64,000 nt of DNA, from positions 1,120,001-1,184,000 of the forward strand of contig CBDCNQ010000005.1 of assembly GCA_965219445.1 (NCBI GenBank), written 5' to 3'. Shown one piece after another: positions 42,796 through 53,414 of this stretch. The notes beneath the pieces were generated by a model that saw nothing but the letters and a program-made list of their open reading frames with translations, did no database searches and had not been told where the DNA came from. The translations under genes and the position numbers were made by a program. The DNA is from Longimicrobiales bacterium (GTDB taxonomy: Bacteria; Gemmatimonadota; Gemmatimonadetes; Longimicrobiales; Gaopeijiaceae). Numbering within the stretch: the stretch's first letter is position 1; the number at the start of each line of letters is the position of its first letter.

Positions 42796-45271
42796 CGCTG
42801 GGTCCCCCCGAAGAGTGGAATCACGATCGGCTCCGAGGGCGCCCGAACTCGGGCCGCCGCTGCGGCCGGTGCACTCGCCGGATGGTTCGGATTGTCCAGA
42901 ACCCACGCTCGAAAATCGCCCAGGTCGTAGGCCCCGTCACCGTCGCCCTGGAGGTCGAGGAAGGTCTCGAGCGCGGGGATCCGCATCCCCACGCCTAAAA
43001 ACGGCTCCGCCATGACCTGGAGCCCGAAGTCCGGGGGGCCCACCGTAAGGGCGACCTCGACGGAATCCCTCAGCCCGGGGGCACGCCACCGGTGACCCAC
43101 GCCACGGGCTGGTTGGCGTTCGCCACAGTGAATTGGATGTCCACGTCAGACGCCGCCCCTACATCCACCTGGGTTCCGGAGTTCGATGATAAGAGGTAGG
43201 TAAGGTCAAAGACCGCGGAGGCGGTACTCGGGGTGGAAATGACTACCGCGGTCGGGTTGGGCTCGCCTAGCAACACCCCAGTCCACTGCCTGAACGACAG
43301 CCCTGTGTTCGGCTGCGCCAAGACGCTCACGCTGATCGCGTCGCGGATCCATCCGGACTCGGAATCGGGGTTGAGAACTATCACACCCGGGATCACCCCC
43401 GGGATGGGACTCTGCAGCGTGATATCGAAGCTCACCTCGGAGTTTCCGTAGCTCGCCGTGAGCGTCGAATCGACGATGCCCGTCATCCAGTTTCGCACAC
43501 GCGGCTGGCCGTCACTCCACGCCACAAAGCCGTGTCGGAACCCCGGACCGTTCGGCGCTCCACCGCCAGCCTCGAGGGCATGCCCCTGGAAGGGAGCCGA
43601 TGCAAAGGGGACCGTCGTCGCAGCAGTGGCCATGCCGTCCACCGTGAAGACACTCCCGGACCCGCCGAGACCGGCGGACTGCAGCGTCACGGTCTGGTAG
43701 CGCGTGAGCGCCCGAAACTCCATCTGTTGGCCCACCTGCTGGATGTTCAGCAGAGTGACTCCCGCAGCCGTGTTGGTCGGAATACCGCTCAGGCCATTCA
43801 ACCCATTGAATGTGAATGAGGACGGCACCGTCCCGGCGTGGAACAAAGTCGCACCCGAGGCTCCGGGAAACGGATCCCCGGCGTCGCCTCGCTGGCCCGC
43901 CTGAGCCAAAGCGTTTTCTCCGTCCGCTTGCCGAAGCCACACGCCCATGCGGGACGCCGAGGTATTCACCATATTGTCGGCCCACGAGCCGTTCACCGTC
44001 TCGGTGTCGATCTGCCAAACGAAGAGCCCCGTGGCCAGAAGGCTCGCGTCGAAACCGAGGCGTTGCCGGTTCTCCAACAGGTAGTAATCCCCACTTCCGT
44101 CCCCGGCGTCTATTCTGATGACGTCGCCGGTCGTCTCTACAGGATCGAGGGAGAGCACTCCGAGGTCAGCGTCCGCCGGCAGCGTCGTGACGTTTGCCCA
44201 CCCCAGTACTTCCTTGCTCCAGGCGGTCATATGACATGGCGTCTCGGCGCCCTGTCCGTCACACCCCCACAGGCCGGTGGCCATCAGACCCCAGCGCCCC
44301 ACGGCCCCGTGATTCGCGCCGACGGCGTACAGGTCCGGGAGCCCGAAGCCGTGGCCGAGTTCGTGCGCGATGATGCCGATTTCGTTGATTTCCGACGAGG
44401 TACACGAGAGAACCGGCTGGATCGTGTAGTCGTCTACGAGTACGAATCCGCCATTCGCCGAAGGCGTCGACGTCGTGAAGACCTGCCCCGCCGAGGCGGC
44501 AAGCTGCCAAAAGTGAGACCACACCAGAGCGGGCCCGTTTCCACCGCACTCAGCGCCCGACGTGGGATGCATGACGGCCAGAAGGTCCACGAAGCCGTCG
44601 TCGTCGCCGGAGTTGGGCATGGCGTCCGGGCCATCGTTGTCATACCGGCCCCAGTCGACGGTCCCATCGTCGGCGTTCGTGAGGAGCTCGACGATGAATT
44701 CACCGACATCATCGGCCGAGCCCAGACCATTGCTGTTTCCCGCAACGTCGTCCGCTGTAAGGCTCACCTGGAACCAGTCTTTAGTGTCGCCAGTGAGCGT
44801 GACCAGACCACCCGAAAGCTCCAAGTAGAACTCAGTGATCGTCGCGAATCGGCTGTTCGGTCCGTCGAAGAACTCCTGCTGGACAACGGCCCTCGTGAGA
44901 CTGACGCCCGAGGCCGCCCCGACGTCCGCACTGGGAATCGAGGGTGTGTCGGAGTAGAGCCCGAGGAGTAGGGGAGTTTCAAACGTTCCGACCACACCCC
45001 CGGTCCGTCGGCCTAAAGCCAACGCCGCTCTCAGTGCCGCGACGCCGGGAGCCCCGACAGCGGGACCCAACCCCAATCGGGCTCTCCAGCCCCTGGCTGG
45101 ACGGTACGCGGCAGGATTACGGCCCAGCTCCTCGTAATACGCTGCTGGGGGAGTCGTGCCGTAGTGCTCGGCAAGCAACTCGACGTCCTGGGCGCCGAGC
45201 CCAATGGGAACGAGCCCGACCGTGACCGCGAGCGTTGCCATCACTCGAATGGCCACCGTGGTCAGGCTCAA
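42792..45271 (-). pseudogene. M6 (immune inhibitor A) family metalloprotease, frame broken near 43071
   Basis: YDNDGPD..DDGFVD, HELGHGFGLPDLY, LLENRQ; C-terminal FLDLQGDGDGAYDLGD segment is in another frame. Confidence 0.8.
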
Positions 45272-45858
45272 AGGCGATCCTCCGCTCGAACCTCCAGAAC
45301 GTCGGCAATGTCGCGCATCCCGTCGATCACGTTCTGTATGTGCTCACTACGCTCGATCCCCAAGAGATCGACACCCCGGGCCACGTCGTCCCGGTTCACC
45401 CCTGCCGCAAAAGCCTTGTCCTTCAACTTCTTGGTGACCGACTTGGGCGTGAGGTCATCGATTCCGTTGGGCCTCACGAGACAGCAGGCGTACACCAATC
45501 CTGAAAGTTCGTCGCATGCAAAGAGGACGCGGTCGAGCAACGCATCAGGCTCCACACCCGTCCGTTCGGGCGCGTGGGCCGTGATCGCCTTGAGAATCCC
45601 CTCGGGGTACCCGAGATCCTCCAGTGCGGCGAGCCCGCGGTGGGGGTGTTCATCCGGACACTTCTCCCAGTCGAGGTCGTGGAGAAGTCCTGCAGTCCCC
45701 CAGAGGTCCTCATTTTCACCGTGGATACGGGCGTAATGCCGACAAGCAGCCTCCACTGCCAGCATATGTTTTCGCAGGCCGTCGTTTTCCACCCAACTCT
45801 TGAGAAGAGTCAGTGCCGAGGCTCGGTCGGGGATCTGTGCGCTCACGTTCGACTCCAT
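45268..45858 (-). CDS. HD-domain (HDIG) phosphohydrolase
   Basis: KHMLAVEA, GLLHDLD, ACDELSG, KKLKDKAFAAGVNR. Confidence 0.88.
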   Translation of the reverse strand: MESNVSAQIPDRASALTLLKSWVENDGLRKHMLAVEAACRHYARIHGENEDLWGTAGLLHDLDWEKCPDEHPHRGLAALEDLGYPEGILKAITAHAPERTGVEPDALLDRVLFACDELSGLVYACCLVRPNGIDDLTPKSVTKKLKDKAFAAGVNRDDVARGVDLLGIERSEHIQNVIDGMRDIADVLEVRAEDRL

Positions 45859-45913
45859 TCTGATCTAAAGGATACTATCGCCCGCGCACCATTTACACGC
45901 TCGCGTGATCCCG

Positions 45914-46564
45914 TCAGACTCTCGACGAGGGACACAGGTGGGACATCGCACACGCCTCGCACCGTGGCCTTCTGGCAATGCAGATCTGGCGTCCGTGGAA
46001 AATCAATAAGTGGGACAAAAGGGTCCAACGCTCCTCGGGGAACAGCGCCATGAGGTCTCCCTCGACCTTTTCGGGATTCTTCTCTTTGGTGAAGGCCATC
46101 AGGGTCGCAAGCCGCTTCACGTGCGTGTCGACAACGACCCCTTCGTCGATTCCGAAGGCATTGCCGAGAATCACGTTCGCGGTCTTCCGCCCCACACCCG
46201 GCAGCGCCGTCAACTCCCTCATCGTGCGCGGAACCTCTCCACCATGGAGCTCGGTGACACCTCGTGCAAAACCGATGATGTTCTTCGTCTTGTTTCGGAA
46301 GAACCCGGTGGAGCGGATGATCTCCTCGACGTCGTCCTCTCGGGCGTCGGCGAGGTGGGCAGCCGTCGGAAACCTTTCGAAGAGGACCGGCGTGACCATG
46401 TTCACACGCTCGTCGGTCGTCTGGGCCGACAGGATGGTCGCTACACCGAGTTGGTAAGCGTTCGTGTGCGTCAGAGCGCAGTGTGCGTCAGGATATTCTT
46501 CGGCAAGCAAATCGAATACCTCGGTACTACGCTCCGCCCGGGCCGCTTTCGATTCCCTCGCCAT
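45914..46564 (-). CDS. nth: Endonuclease III
   Basis: ILSAQTTD, LPGVGRKTANV, VDTHV, C-x6-C-x2-C-x5-C. Confidence 0.96.
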   Translation of the reverse strand: MARESKAARAERSTEVFDLLAEEYPDAHCALTHTNAYQLGVATILSAQTTDERVNMVTPVLFERFPTAAHLADAREDDVEEIIRSTGFFRNKTKNIIGFARGVTELHGGEVPRTMRELTALPGVGRKTANVILGNAFGIDEGVVVDTHVKRLATLMAFTKEKNPEKVEGDLMALFPEERWTLLSHLLIFHGRQICIARRPRCEACAMSHLCPSSRV

Positions 46565-46596
46565 GGTCCTCTTCGGATACGGGTTAGTTCAGACGT

Positions 46597-48147
46597 TCAG
46601 CGGAGATCCGGTCGGCCGCCATCCGCGGCGCCACTCACGGGCGCCTGTGCCCCGGCCCCCGAAAGCTTCCGGACCAGCCAGCCGTTGAGCAGCAGAAAGA
46701 CTCCCACGGCGATCGCGAACTGAATCAGAACCGTCCCGATGTTGAACGCGGAGAAGAGCGTCCAGGTCGATCCGAATGACTCCCCTCGAGCCTGATATAG
46801 CCACCACGCCATGAGCACTACCGACTCCACGATCACCAGCCGAATGCTCCAGTCCCACCAGCCCCCGATGTGGATGTCTGAGTGCCCCGTGTTGATGTAC
46901 TTGGCGCGCCACTCGGTCACACCGTACTTGAGCACGGCGAATGCGAAAAAGAAGCCCGAAAGCATCAAGCCTACACCCCACACCCAGTCCTGATTCGCGA
47001 AAAATGTGCCCGCTCCCGGTGTGTCCGTCCAGTTGAGCGCGCTGGGCGCTCCGAACGCGATGCCGGCTATCCCGACCATCGTAATGGCCCGGCCTCGCGT
47101 CAGACCCAGATCGATCAAGATGCGGCTGGCCAACTCGATCATGGCCACGAGGGACGTCCAAGCAGCGAACACCAGCGCCAGAAAGAACAAGGACATGAAA
47201 AACCGGCCACCTGGAATCAGTGCGAAGAGCTGGGGCACCCAGATGAACGTCAGCCCCTCGTTGCCCGCTCCCACGATCTGGTCGGCGGCGTCCGGCATCA
47301 CCGAAAAGACGGTGCAGAGCACCATGATGCCCGCGAGAAGTGACATCGAGTTATTTCCGAAGCCGATGACGAATGCGTTGAGCGCCGTGTCCTCACGGCT
47401 CCTCATGTAGATGGCGTACGTGAGCACGAGCCCCCAGCCTGCGCCCGTGTCCCATGCGTTCTGGGTCAGCGCCTCCAACCATATTCTGGAGTCCGCGAGA
47501 TCGGACAATCGCGGTGTGAAGAGGAACGCCAGTCCATCCGTGGCCCCGGGGAGAGTGACCGCACGGATCGCGAGCACGATGACCAGGAGAATGAGACTGG
47601 GAATCAAGAACCTCGCGGCCGTCTCGATGCCCTTCACACCGTTCGACACGACGAAGAGACCCATCCCCATAGCCACGATGTGCGTGACCAAGGCCGCCGG
47701 CGTGCCTGCATATCCCTCCCAGAAGGCTTCGGGCACCGCCGAGGGCACGGCCCCGGTGACGCTGGCAAGGAAAAAGCGGATGGTCCAACCCATCACCACG
47801 CTGTAGTAGAACATGATGGCGGTCGCGACGAAGGCCACCCACGCACCCATCCAGGCGAAGCCCGGACCGATCGTCTTCACGAACGCCCCGATCGTACCCG
47901 AACGCGTGGCCTTCCCCATCCCGAATTCGAGGATCAGGAGTGGTACGGACCAGAGAAGCAGGAAAACGGCCCACGCGACCAGGAACGAGCCCCCGCCGTT
48001 CGACGCGGCGATCCGCGGAAAACGCCAGATATTCCCGGTACCCACGGCCATGCCGAGCATGGCCAGAAGCATGCCCCAGCGGGAACTGAAGACTTCGGAC
48101 CTAGGAGGGTGATCGGAAAGGGGGGTGGGTCGCGTTGCGGATGCCAC
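46597..48147 (-). CDS. Sodium-dependent NSS (SNF) family transporter
   Basis: GMAVGTGNIWRFP, NGGGSF, GLTFIWVP; probable GTG start after AGGAG. Confidence 0.92.
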   Translation of the reverse strand: MASATRPTPLSDHPPRSEVFSSRWGMLLAMLGMAVGTGNIWRFPRIAASNGGGSFLVAWAVFLLLWSVPLLILEFGMGKATRSGTIGAFVKTIGPGFAWMGAWVAFVATAIMFYYSVVMGWTIRFFLASVTGAVPSAVPEAFWEGYAGTPAALVTHIVAMGMGLFVVSNGVKGIETAARFLIPSLILLVIVLAIRAVTLPGATDGLAFLFTPRLSDLADSRIWLEALTQNAWDTGAGWGLVLTYAIYMRSREDTALNAFVIGFGNNSMSLLAGIMVLCTVFSVMPDAADQIVGAGNEGLTFIWVPQLFALIPGGRFFMSLFFLALVFAAWTSLVAMIELASRILIDLGLTRGRAITMVGIAGIAFGAPSALNWTDTPGAGTFFANQDWVWGVGLMLSGFFFAFAVLKYGVTEWRAKYINTGHSDIHIGGWWDWSIRLVIVESVVLMAWWLYQARGESFGSTWTLFSAFNIGTVLIQFAIAVGVFLLLNGWLVRKLSGAGAQAPVSGAADGGRPDLR

Positions 48148-48273
48148 GGCCCTAGCTCCTAGGCGGAGCGACGACGCCATAGCATTCGCTACGGCTAGGA
48201 GCTCCAACAACGGAGATGGGGTCGTGCCACCGCAACCCTTCAACTTGTAAGGTCATGTCATTCATACTCTTGG

Positions 48274-48386
48274 GCACATGGCGGTTGCGCGGTTGATCCT
48301 GCGTCTCTCCTCGTCGCCGTAGAAGAACTACGCCTCCTCGTCGTTCCTTGTCTGAACGCGCGCAAGCACCATGTGCGCGACCCGCT
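48274..48386. repeat. Structured repeat family B, copy 1
   Basis: Stem GCACATGG..TTGCGCG / CGCGCAA..CCATGTGC; 48330-48386 is 49/57 identical to 54570-54626. Confidence 0.8.
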
Positions 48387-48430
48387 CCCCTTTCCGATCA
48401 CCCTCCTGGACGACAATCCGGCCTCCCGAC

Positions 48431-49762
48431 TCAGGTGAGGGATTCCCCGGCCAACCGCTCCTGGATCCAGCCCGGTACGGCCTCGGCGCCGACCCGCACC
48501 TGATCGAGCGTGTCCCGATCCCGGATCGTGACCGTACCGTCTTCGGACGTCTGCCCGTCGACGGTGATGCACCACGGCGTTCCCGCTTCGTCTTGGCGCC
48601 GGTAACGCCGACCGATGGAACCCGCCGCATCGTAAAACGAGGGGATCGATCGCGACCGTAGATCGGCGTGCAACTTCTCGGCGATTTCGGGCAGCCCATC
48701 CTTCTTCACCAGGGGGAATACCGCAGCCTTCAAGGGCGCGAGACTCGGTGACAGCTTGAGGAGCACACGCTCTTCGCCGTCCACGTCCTCTTCGCTGTAG
48801 GCATCGACCAGCGCCACCAGAACCGTGCGGTCCACACCCACCGCGGTCTCGACCACGTACGGGATGAACCGCTTATCCGCAGCCGTATCGATGTACTCGA
48901 GCCGCTTGCCAGAGTACTCCTGGTGCCGCCCGAGATCGAAGTCGGTCCGGTTGTGAATCCCCTCGAACTCCTTCCACCCGAACGGATACTCGTACTCGAT
49001 GTCGAACGCCTTTTTGGCGTAATGCGCCAGCTCGTCCGGTCCATGCTCGTGGAAGCGGAGCTTCTCCTTGCGAATTCCCAGCGAGAGATGCCACTCCAGA
49101 CGGGCGTCCATCCAGTAATCGAACCACTCGTCGTCGGTCCCCGGTTCAACGAAGAACTGGAGCTCCATTTGCTCGAACTCTCGTGTCCGGAATATGAAGT
49201 TTCCGGGGGTAATCTCGTTCCGGAACGCCTTTCCGATCTGCGCGATGCCGAATGGGACTCTCTGGCGAGCCGACGTCTGAACGTTCAGGAAGTTCACGTA
49301 CGAGCCCTGAGCCGTCTCGGGCCGTAGATAGATGACGGCCGCATCGTCCTCCACCGGGCCCATGAACGTCTTGAACATGAGGTTGAAGAGGCGCGGTTCA
49401 CCAAACGTGTCCTTGGTTCCGCAGGTGGGGCACTGGCCGCCCTCGACCTCAGGAAGGTCGGCACGGAAGCGCCGGTGGCAGTTGCCGCACTCCACCAACG
49501 GATCGGTGAAGCCGTCCACGTGTCCGGAGGCCTCCCAAACCCTTGGATGCATCAGAATCGACGCATCGAGCCCCTCGACATCGTCACGCTGATGCACCAT
49601 CGCGCTCCACCAGCGTTCCTTGACGTTGCGTTTCAGTTCGATACCCAACGGACCGTAGTCCCACACCGACCCCGTTCCCCCGTAGATCTCCGACGACTGG
49701 AAGATGAATCCCCGGCGCTTGGCCAGGGACGTGAGTTTATCCATCACGGAGGTTTCAGCCAT
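48431..49762 (-). CDS. glyQS: Glycine--tRNA ligase (homodimeric type)
   Basis: KRRGF, DYGPLG, LRPETAQG, FRNEITP..FRTREFEQME, SIGRRYRRQDEAG. Confidence 0.96.
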   Translation of the reverse strand: MAETSVMDKLTSLAKRRGFIFQSSEIYGGTGSVWDYGPLGIELKRNVKERWWSAMVHQRDDVEGLDASILMHPRVWEASGHVDGFTDPLVECGNCHRRFRADLPEVEGGQCPTCGTKDTFGEPRLFNLMFKTFMGPVEDDAAVIYLRPETAQGSYVNFLNVQTSARQRVPFGIAQIGKAFRNEITPGNFIFRTREFEQMELQFFVEPGTDDEWFDYWMDARLEWHLSLGIRKEKLRFHEHGPDELAHYAKKAFDIEYEYPFGWKEFEGIHNRTDFDLGRHQEYSGKRLEYIDTAADKRFIPYVVETAVGVDRTVLVALVDAYSEEDVDGEERVLLKLSPSLAPLKAAVFPLVKKDGLPEIAEKLHADLRSRSIPSFYDAAGSIGRRYRRQDEAGTPWCITVDGQTSEDGTVTIRDRDTLDQVRVGAEAVPGWIQERLAGESLT

Positions 49763-49935
49763 CGAGATCGATCCAGGGAGCCGGTTGTCGCGGTGAGTCG
49801 AAGCGATGGAAGCTAGACCGGCACGCCCGTCGCATCAACCGATCAAGAACCGCGGGAGGCAAGGCGGGTATACCGACCCGGAGTGGTGCAAAAGCCTCTC
49901 GAATGCCAGATTGTACCTCCTCCAGGAGGGTTCGC

Positions 49936-50529
49936 ATGATAACGCTGACAGATAAAGCGCTCGAAGTGGTTCGTACCTACATGGACCAGAGCGACGGTGA
50001 GTTTACAGCATTGCGTATCGGCATCGCCGATGGCACGCCCCTGTCGCCCGACTTCGAGCTTACGCTCGTCGGGGCGGACGACATCGGCGAGAGCGAGCGA
50101 GAGGTGGAGGTGGGAGACCTGACGATCGTCGTCCAGGAGGAGTTCGTCCCCCGCCTCGAGGGAGCAACCGTGGATTTCGTCCAGCGCGTGAATGAGAGCG
50201 GCTTCGAGGTATCGCTGGGGACGACTCCGCAGTCCGCGGCACCGGCCCTCATCGGGCCACTCGCTGAACGGGTGAGGACGGTCTTGGAGACCGAGATCAA
50301 TCCGGCCATCGCCTCGCACGGAGGCTCGATCACGTTGGTGGGCGTCGAAGACACCGAGATCTACTTGGAGATGAGTGGCGGGTGCCAAGGGTGCGCCATG
50401 TCACGAGTGACACTCCGCCAGGGAGTCGAACGCATGGTCCGCCAGGCGGTGCCCGAGGTGAGCGTGATCCACGACGTCACCGACCACTCGTCGGGTGAGA
50501 ACCCCTTCTTCGAGGGGCCCACGGTTTAA
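49936..50529 (+). CDS. nfuA: Fe-S carrier NfuA
   Basis: Degenerate ATC N-domain + NifU-C (INPAIASHGG, GGCQGC, DVTDH); AGGAGG RBS. Confidence 0.88.
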   Translation: MITLTDKALEVVRTYMDQSDGEFTALRIGIADGTPLSPDFELTLVGADDIGESEREVEVGDLTIVVQEEFVPRLEGATVDFVQRVNESGFEVSLGTTPQSAAPALIGPLAERVRTVLETEINPAIASHGGSITLVGVEDTEIYLEMSGGCQGCAMSRVTLRQGVERMVRQAVPEVSVIHDVTDHSSGENPFFEGPTV

Positions 50530-50611
50530 TCGCCTCGGAGGGCGATGTTCAGGTGAACGTTGACCCCGATCACACCCGCCCCCGGGCGGTCTCCCACCGT
50601 ACGTACCGCCC

Positions 50612-51010
50612 GTGGTGATATATGGCGTAGCATTGCTTGCGGGGTGCATGCTGGCCGGCGTGTTCATAGGGGAGCTGATTGGTGAGCTGATAGGCATCGA
50701 CGCGAATGTTGGCGGTGTCGGTATCTCCATGTTGCTGCTGATTCTGGTTGCCGCGAAAGGGCAGGCCAGCGGTCGCCTCCGCCCCATCTCCCAGACGGGC
50801 ATCACCTTTTGGAGCGCGATCTACATACCGGTCGTCGTGGCGATGGCGGCCAGCCAAAACGTGGTGGCGGCCGTGAGGGGCGGGACCGCTGCAGTTCTGG
50901 CCGGAGTCCTAGCCGTTGTCGTCAGCTGCGCCCTGGTACCCGTGCTTAGCCGCATCGGCGGTGAACCGCCACCGCCGCTGCCGGATGTAGACGTCAAGCA
51001 GAGCGTATGA
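50612..51010 (+). CDS. madL: Malonate transporter subunit MadL
   Basis: MVIYGVALLA, ANVGGVG, FWSAIYIPVVVAMAASQNV. Confidence 0.9.
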   Translation: MVIYGVALLAGCMLAGVFIGELIGELIGIDANVGGVGISMLLLILVAAKGQASGRLRPISQTGITFWSAIYIPVVVAMAASQNVVAAVRGGTAAVLAGVLAVVVSCALVPVLSRIGGEPPPPLPDVDVKQSV

Positions 51011-51780
51011 CCACGGTTGTCGACCTCATGACGCAGGTAATGAGCCGATACGGCTTGATTACCGCCTTCGCCGTGGTGGGGATCACTGTGTGGGTGTCCT
51101 ATCAGCTGTCCGCGCGTCTGACCAGAGGGCACCTTCACGGGTCGGCTATCGCCATTATGCTTGGCTTGCTGGCAGCATATGTTGGAGGTGTCATTACCGG
51201 AGGGGGCCGCGGCGTCGCCGATCTGGAGGTATTGGCCGGGATCGGATTGATGGGTGGCGGCATGCTTCGGGACTTCGCGATCATTGCCACCGCTTTCGGC
51301 GTGAATACGCGGGAGTTGGCGCGTGCCGGGGCGAGTGGGGTCATCTCTCTGTTTGCTGGCGTGTTTGTGTCGTTTACCATCGGCGCGGTGGTGGCCTATG
51401 GTTTCGGCTATACCGATCCCGTGAGTATGACGACGATAGGCGGCGGTGCGGCCACGTACATCGTGGGGCCCGTTACCGGTGCAGCCATCGGGGCTAGTTC
51501 GGATGTGATGGCACTCAGCATTGCCGCCGGGCTGATCAAATCCATGCTGGTGATGGCTGGAACACCGTTTGTCGCACCACTGATCGGATTAAACAATCCG
51601 CGTTCGGCGATGATTTATGGCGGCCTCATGGGCACCACAAGTGGAGTGGCGGGGGGGCTGGCCGCCACCGATGAACGCTTGGTTCCCTATGGCGCGATGA
51701 CGGCTACTTTCTATACTGGATTGGGTGCCCTGTTAGGGCCTTCGGTGATTTTCTTGGTCATCAGGGCGATCATGGGCTAA
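51007..51780 (+). CDS. madM: Malonate transporter subunit MadM
   Basis: HGSAIAI, GLMGGGMLRDFAI, GTTSGV, LVPYGAMTATFYTG. Confidence 0.92.
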   Translation: MTTVVDLMTQVMSRYGLITAFAVVGITVWVSYQLSARLTRGHLHGSAIAIMLGLLAAYVGGVITGGGRGVADLEVLAGIGLMGGGMLRDFAIIATAFGVNTRELARAGASGVISLFAGVFVSFTIGAVVAYGFGYTDPVSMTTIGGGAATYIVGPVTGAAIGASSDVMALSIAAGLIKSMLVMAGTPFVAPLIGLNNPRSAMIYGGLMGTTSGVAGGLAATDERLVPYGAMTATFYTGLGALLGPSVIFLVIRAIMG

Positions 51781-51827
51781 CAGTTTCTGTCTGACACGAC
51801 GGCGCTGGATCGAGGAGAGACCGAAGT

Positions 51828-53318
51828 ATGCCTGAACTTGAATTGGTCCGGCGGGCACAGAGTTTCGGGGCACGGGTTGCAGTGACATCAGATGGCCATG
51901 ATCACTCGTACGACTCGCTGCTCTCAGTATCGGAGGGAATAGCCGCCAGTCTGCTCGACAGGTCGACCGACTTGGGTGAACAGCGAGTCGCTTTTCTTAT
52001 CCCCGCGAGCTTTGAGTACGCAGCGGTCCAGTGGGGCATCTGGAGAGCCGGTGGAATCGCCGTGCCACTGAGCCTGTCCGCGGCAGACCCGGAACTCGAA
52101 CATGTGATCACCGATGCCCAGGTTGATCGAATCATCGTACCCCAGGATTCACTGGCGAAGCTCAGTCCGCTTTGTGATCGGCTTTCGACGCCCCTGCTCA
52201 GTGTTGATCAGATCTCATCGGGCCGATCTGTGCCGTTGCCGCAGCTGGAGGCCCACAGGCGGGCAATGATTCTCTACACCAGCGGCACGACCAGCAAGCC
52301 CAAGGGTGTAGTGAGCACTCACGCTAATATTCAGGCGCAGATCACGACGCTGGTAGAAGCCTGGGGTTGGCAATCGGAGGACTCGATTCCGCTGTTTTTG
52401 CCGCTGCATCATATTCACGGCATCGTCAATGTGCTGAGTTGCGCGTTGTGGTCGGGAGCCAGGGTGGACTGTTTCAGCTCCTTCGATGCACCGGCAATTC
52501 TGGAGCGTGTGGCAGATAAGAAGTATTCGGTGTTCATGGCGGTTCCGACTATCTACGTAAAGCTGATCGCGAGGCTAGAGGCCACCGATGAGGCGGATCG
52601 GGCGCGCTGCACGGACGGCTTCGCCCACATGCGATTGATGGTATCGGGTTCTGCCGCTTTGCCGGCCAGTGTGCATGAACAATGGACACAATTGACGGGG
52701 CAGAAACTTCTCGAGCGTTATGGCATGACGGAAATCGGCATGGGGATCTCCAACCCTCTGCAAGGGGAGCGCAGGCCAGGTGCGGTGGGCAGGGCGCTGC
52801 CTGGCGTGACCATCCGATTAGTGAGTGAAGCCGGCGAATTGATCGAAGAGGAGGGCGAACCCGGAGAGATTCAGGTTCAAGGGCCCGCGGTGTTCTCCGA
52901 GTACTGGCAAAAGCCCGACGTGACGCGGGAATCTTTCGTGGACGGATGGTTCCGTACGGGGGATATGGCGGTGTTGGAGAACGGGTATTACCGCATCATG
53001 GGTCGCCTGTCGGTGGATATTATCAAGTCGGGCGGATACAAGCTCTCAGCCCTGGAAATTGAGAGCACCTTGCTGACGCATCCGGCGATCCGCGAGTGTG
53101 CCGTGGTCGGCGTACCGGACGATACCTGGGGGGAGGCGGTGGCAGTTGCCATCGTGACCCGTGACGGGGAACACATCGAACTTCCGGCTCTCAAAGAGTG
53201 GGCCACTGAGCGCATGTCCGCGTACAAGATTCCCAAGTCGCTGTTGCTGTTGGAGGGTTTGCCGAGAAACGCCATGGGCAAGGTGACCAAGCCAGCCGTC
53301 CAAGATCTTTTCGACTGA
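51828..53318 (+). CDS. Acyl-CoA synthetase, malonyl-CoA synthetase (MatB/ACSF3)-like
   Basis: YTSGTTSKPKG, LPLHHIHG, ERYGMTEIG, LPRNAMGKV; adjacent to madLM. Confidence 0.8.
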   Translation: MPELELVRRAQSFGARVAVTSDGHDHSYDSLLSVSEGIAASLLDRSTDLGEQRVAFLIPASFEYAAVQWGIWRAGGIAVPLSLSAADPELEHVITDAQVDRIIVPQDSLAKLSPLCDRLSTPLLSVDQISSGRSVPLPQLEAHRRAMILYTSGTTSKPKGVVSTHANIQAQITTLVEAWGWQSEDSIPLFLPLHHIHGIVNVLSCALWSGARVDCFSSFDAPAILERVADKKYSVFMAVPTIYVKLIARLEATDEADRARCTDGFAHMRLMVSGSAALPASVHEQWTQLTGQKLLERYGMTEIGMGISNPLQGERRPGAVGRALPGVTIRLVSEAGELIEEEGEPGEIQVQGPAVFSEYWQKPDVTRESFVDGWFRTGDMAVLENGYYRIMGRLSVDIIKSGGYKLSALEIESTLLTHPAIRECAVVGVPDDTWGEAVAVAIVTRDGEHIELPALKEWATERMSAYKIPKSLLLLEGLPRNAMGKVTKPAVQDLFD

Positions 53319-53414
53319 AGGGGTCAGCTTCGTTCAAGCTTCATTCAAGAAACTCCCGAAGGTCGCAGTGAGTCCCGAGCCCTACCGGATCCTCAACGCT
53401 GAAGCGAGCACACC

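Noticed and set aside
4223..44971. Long antisense ORFs (4223-5683, 22833-24368, 29034-30845, 43838-44971)
   Set aside because: Shadows of well-supported opposite-strand genes in GC-rich DNA; no recognisable motifs
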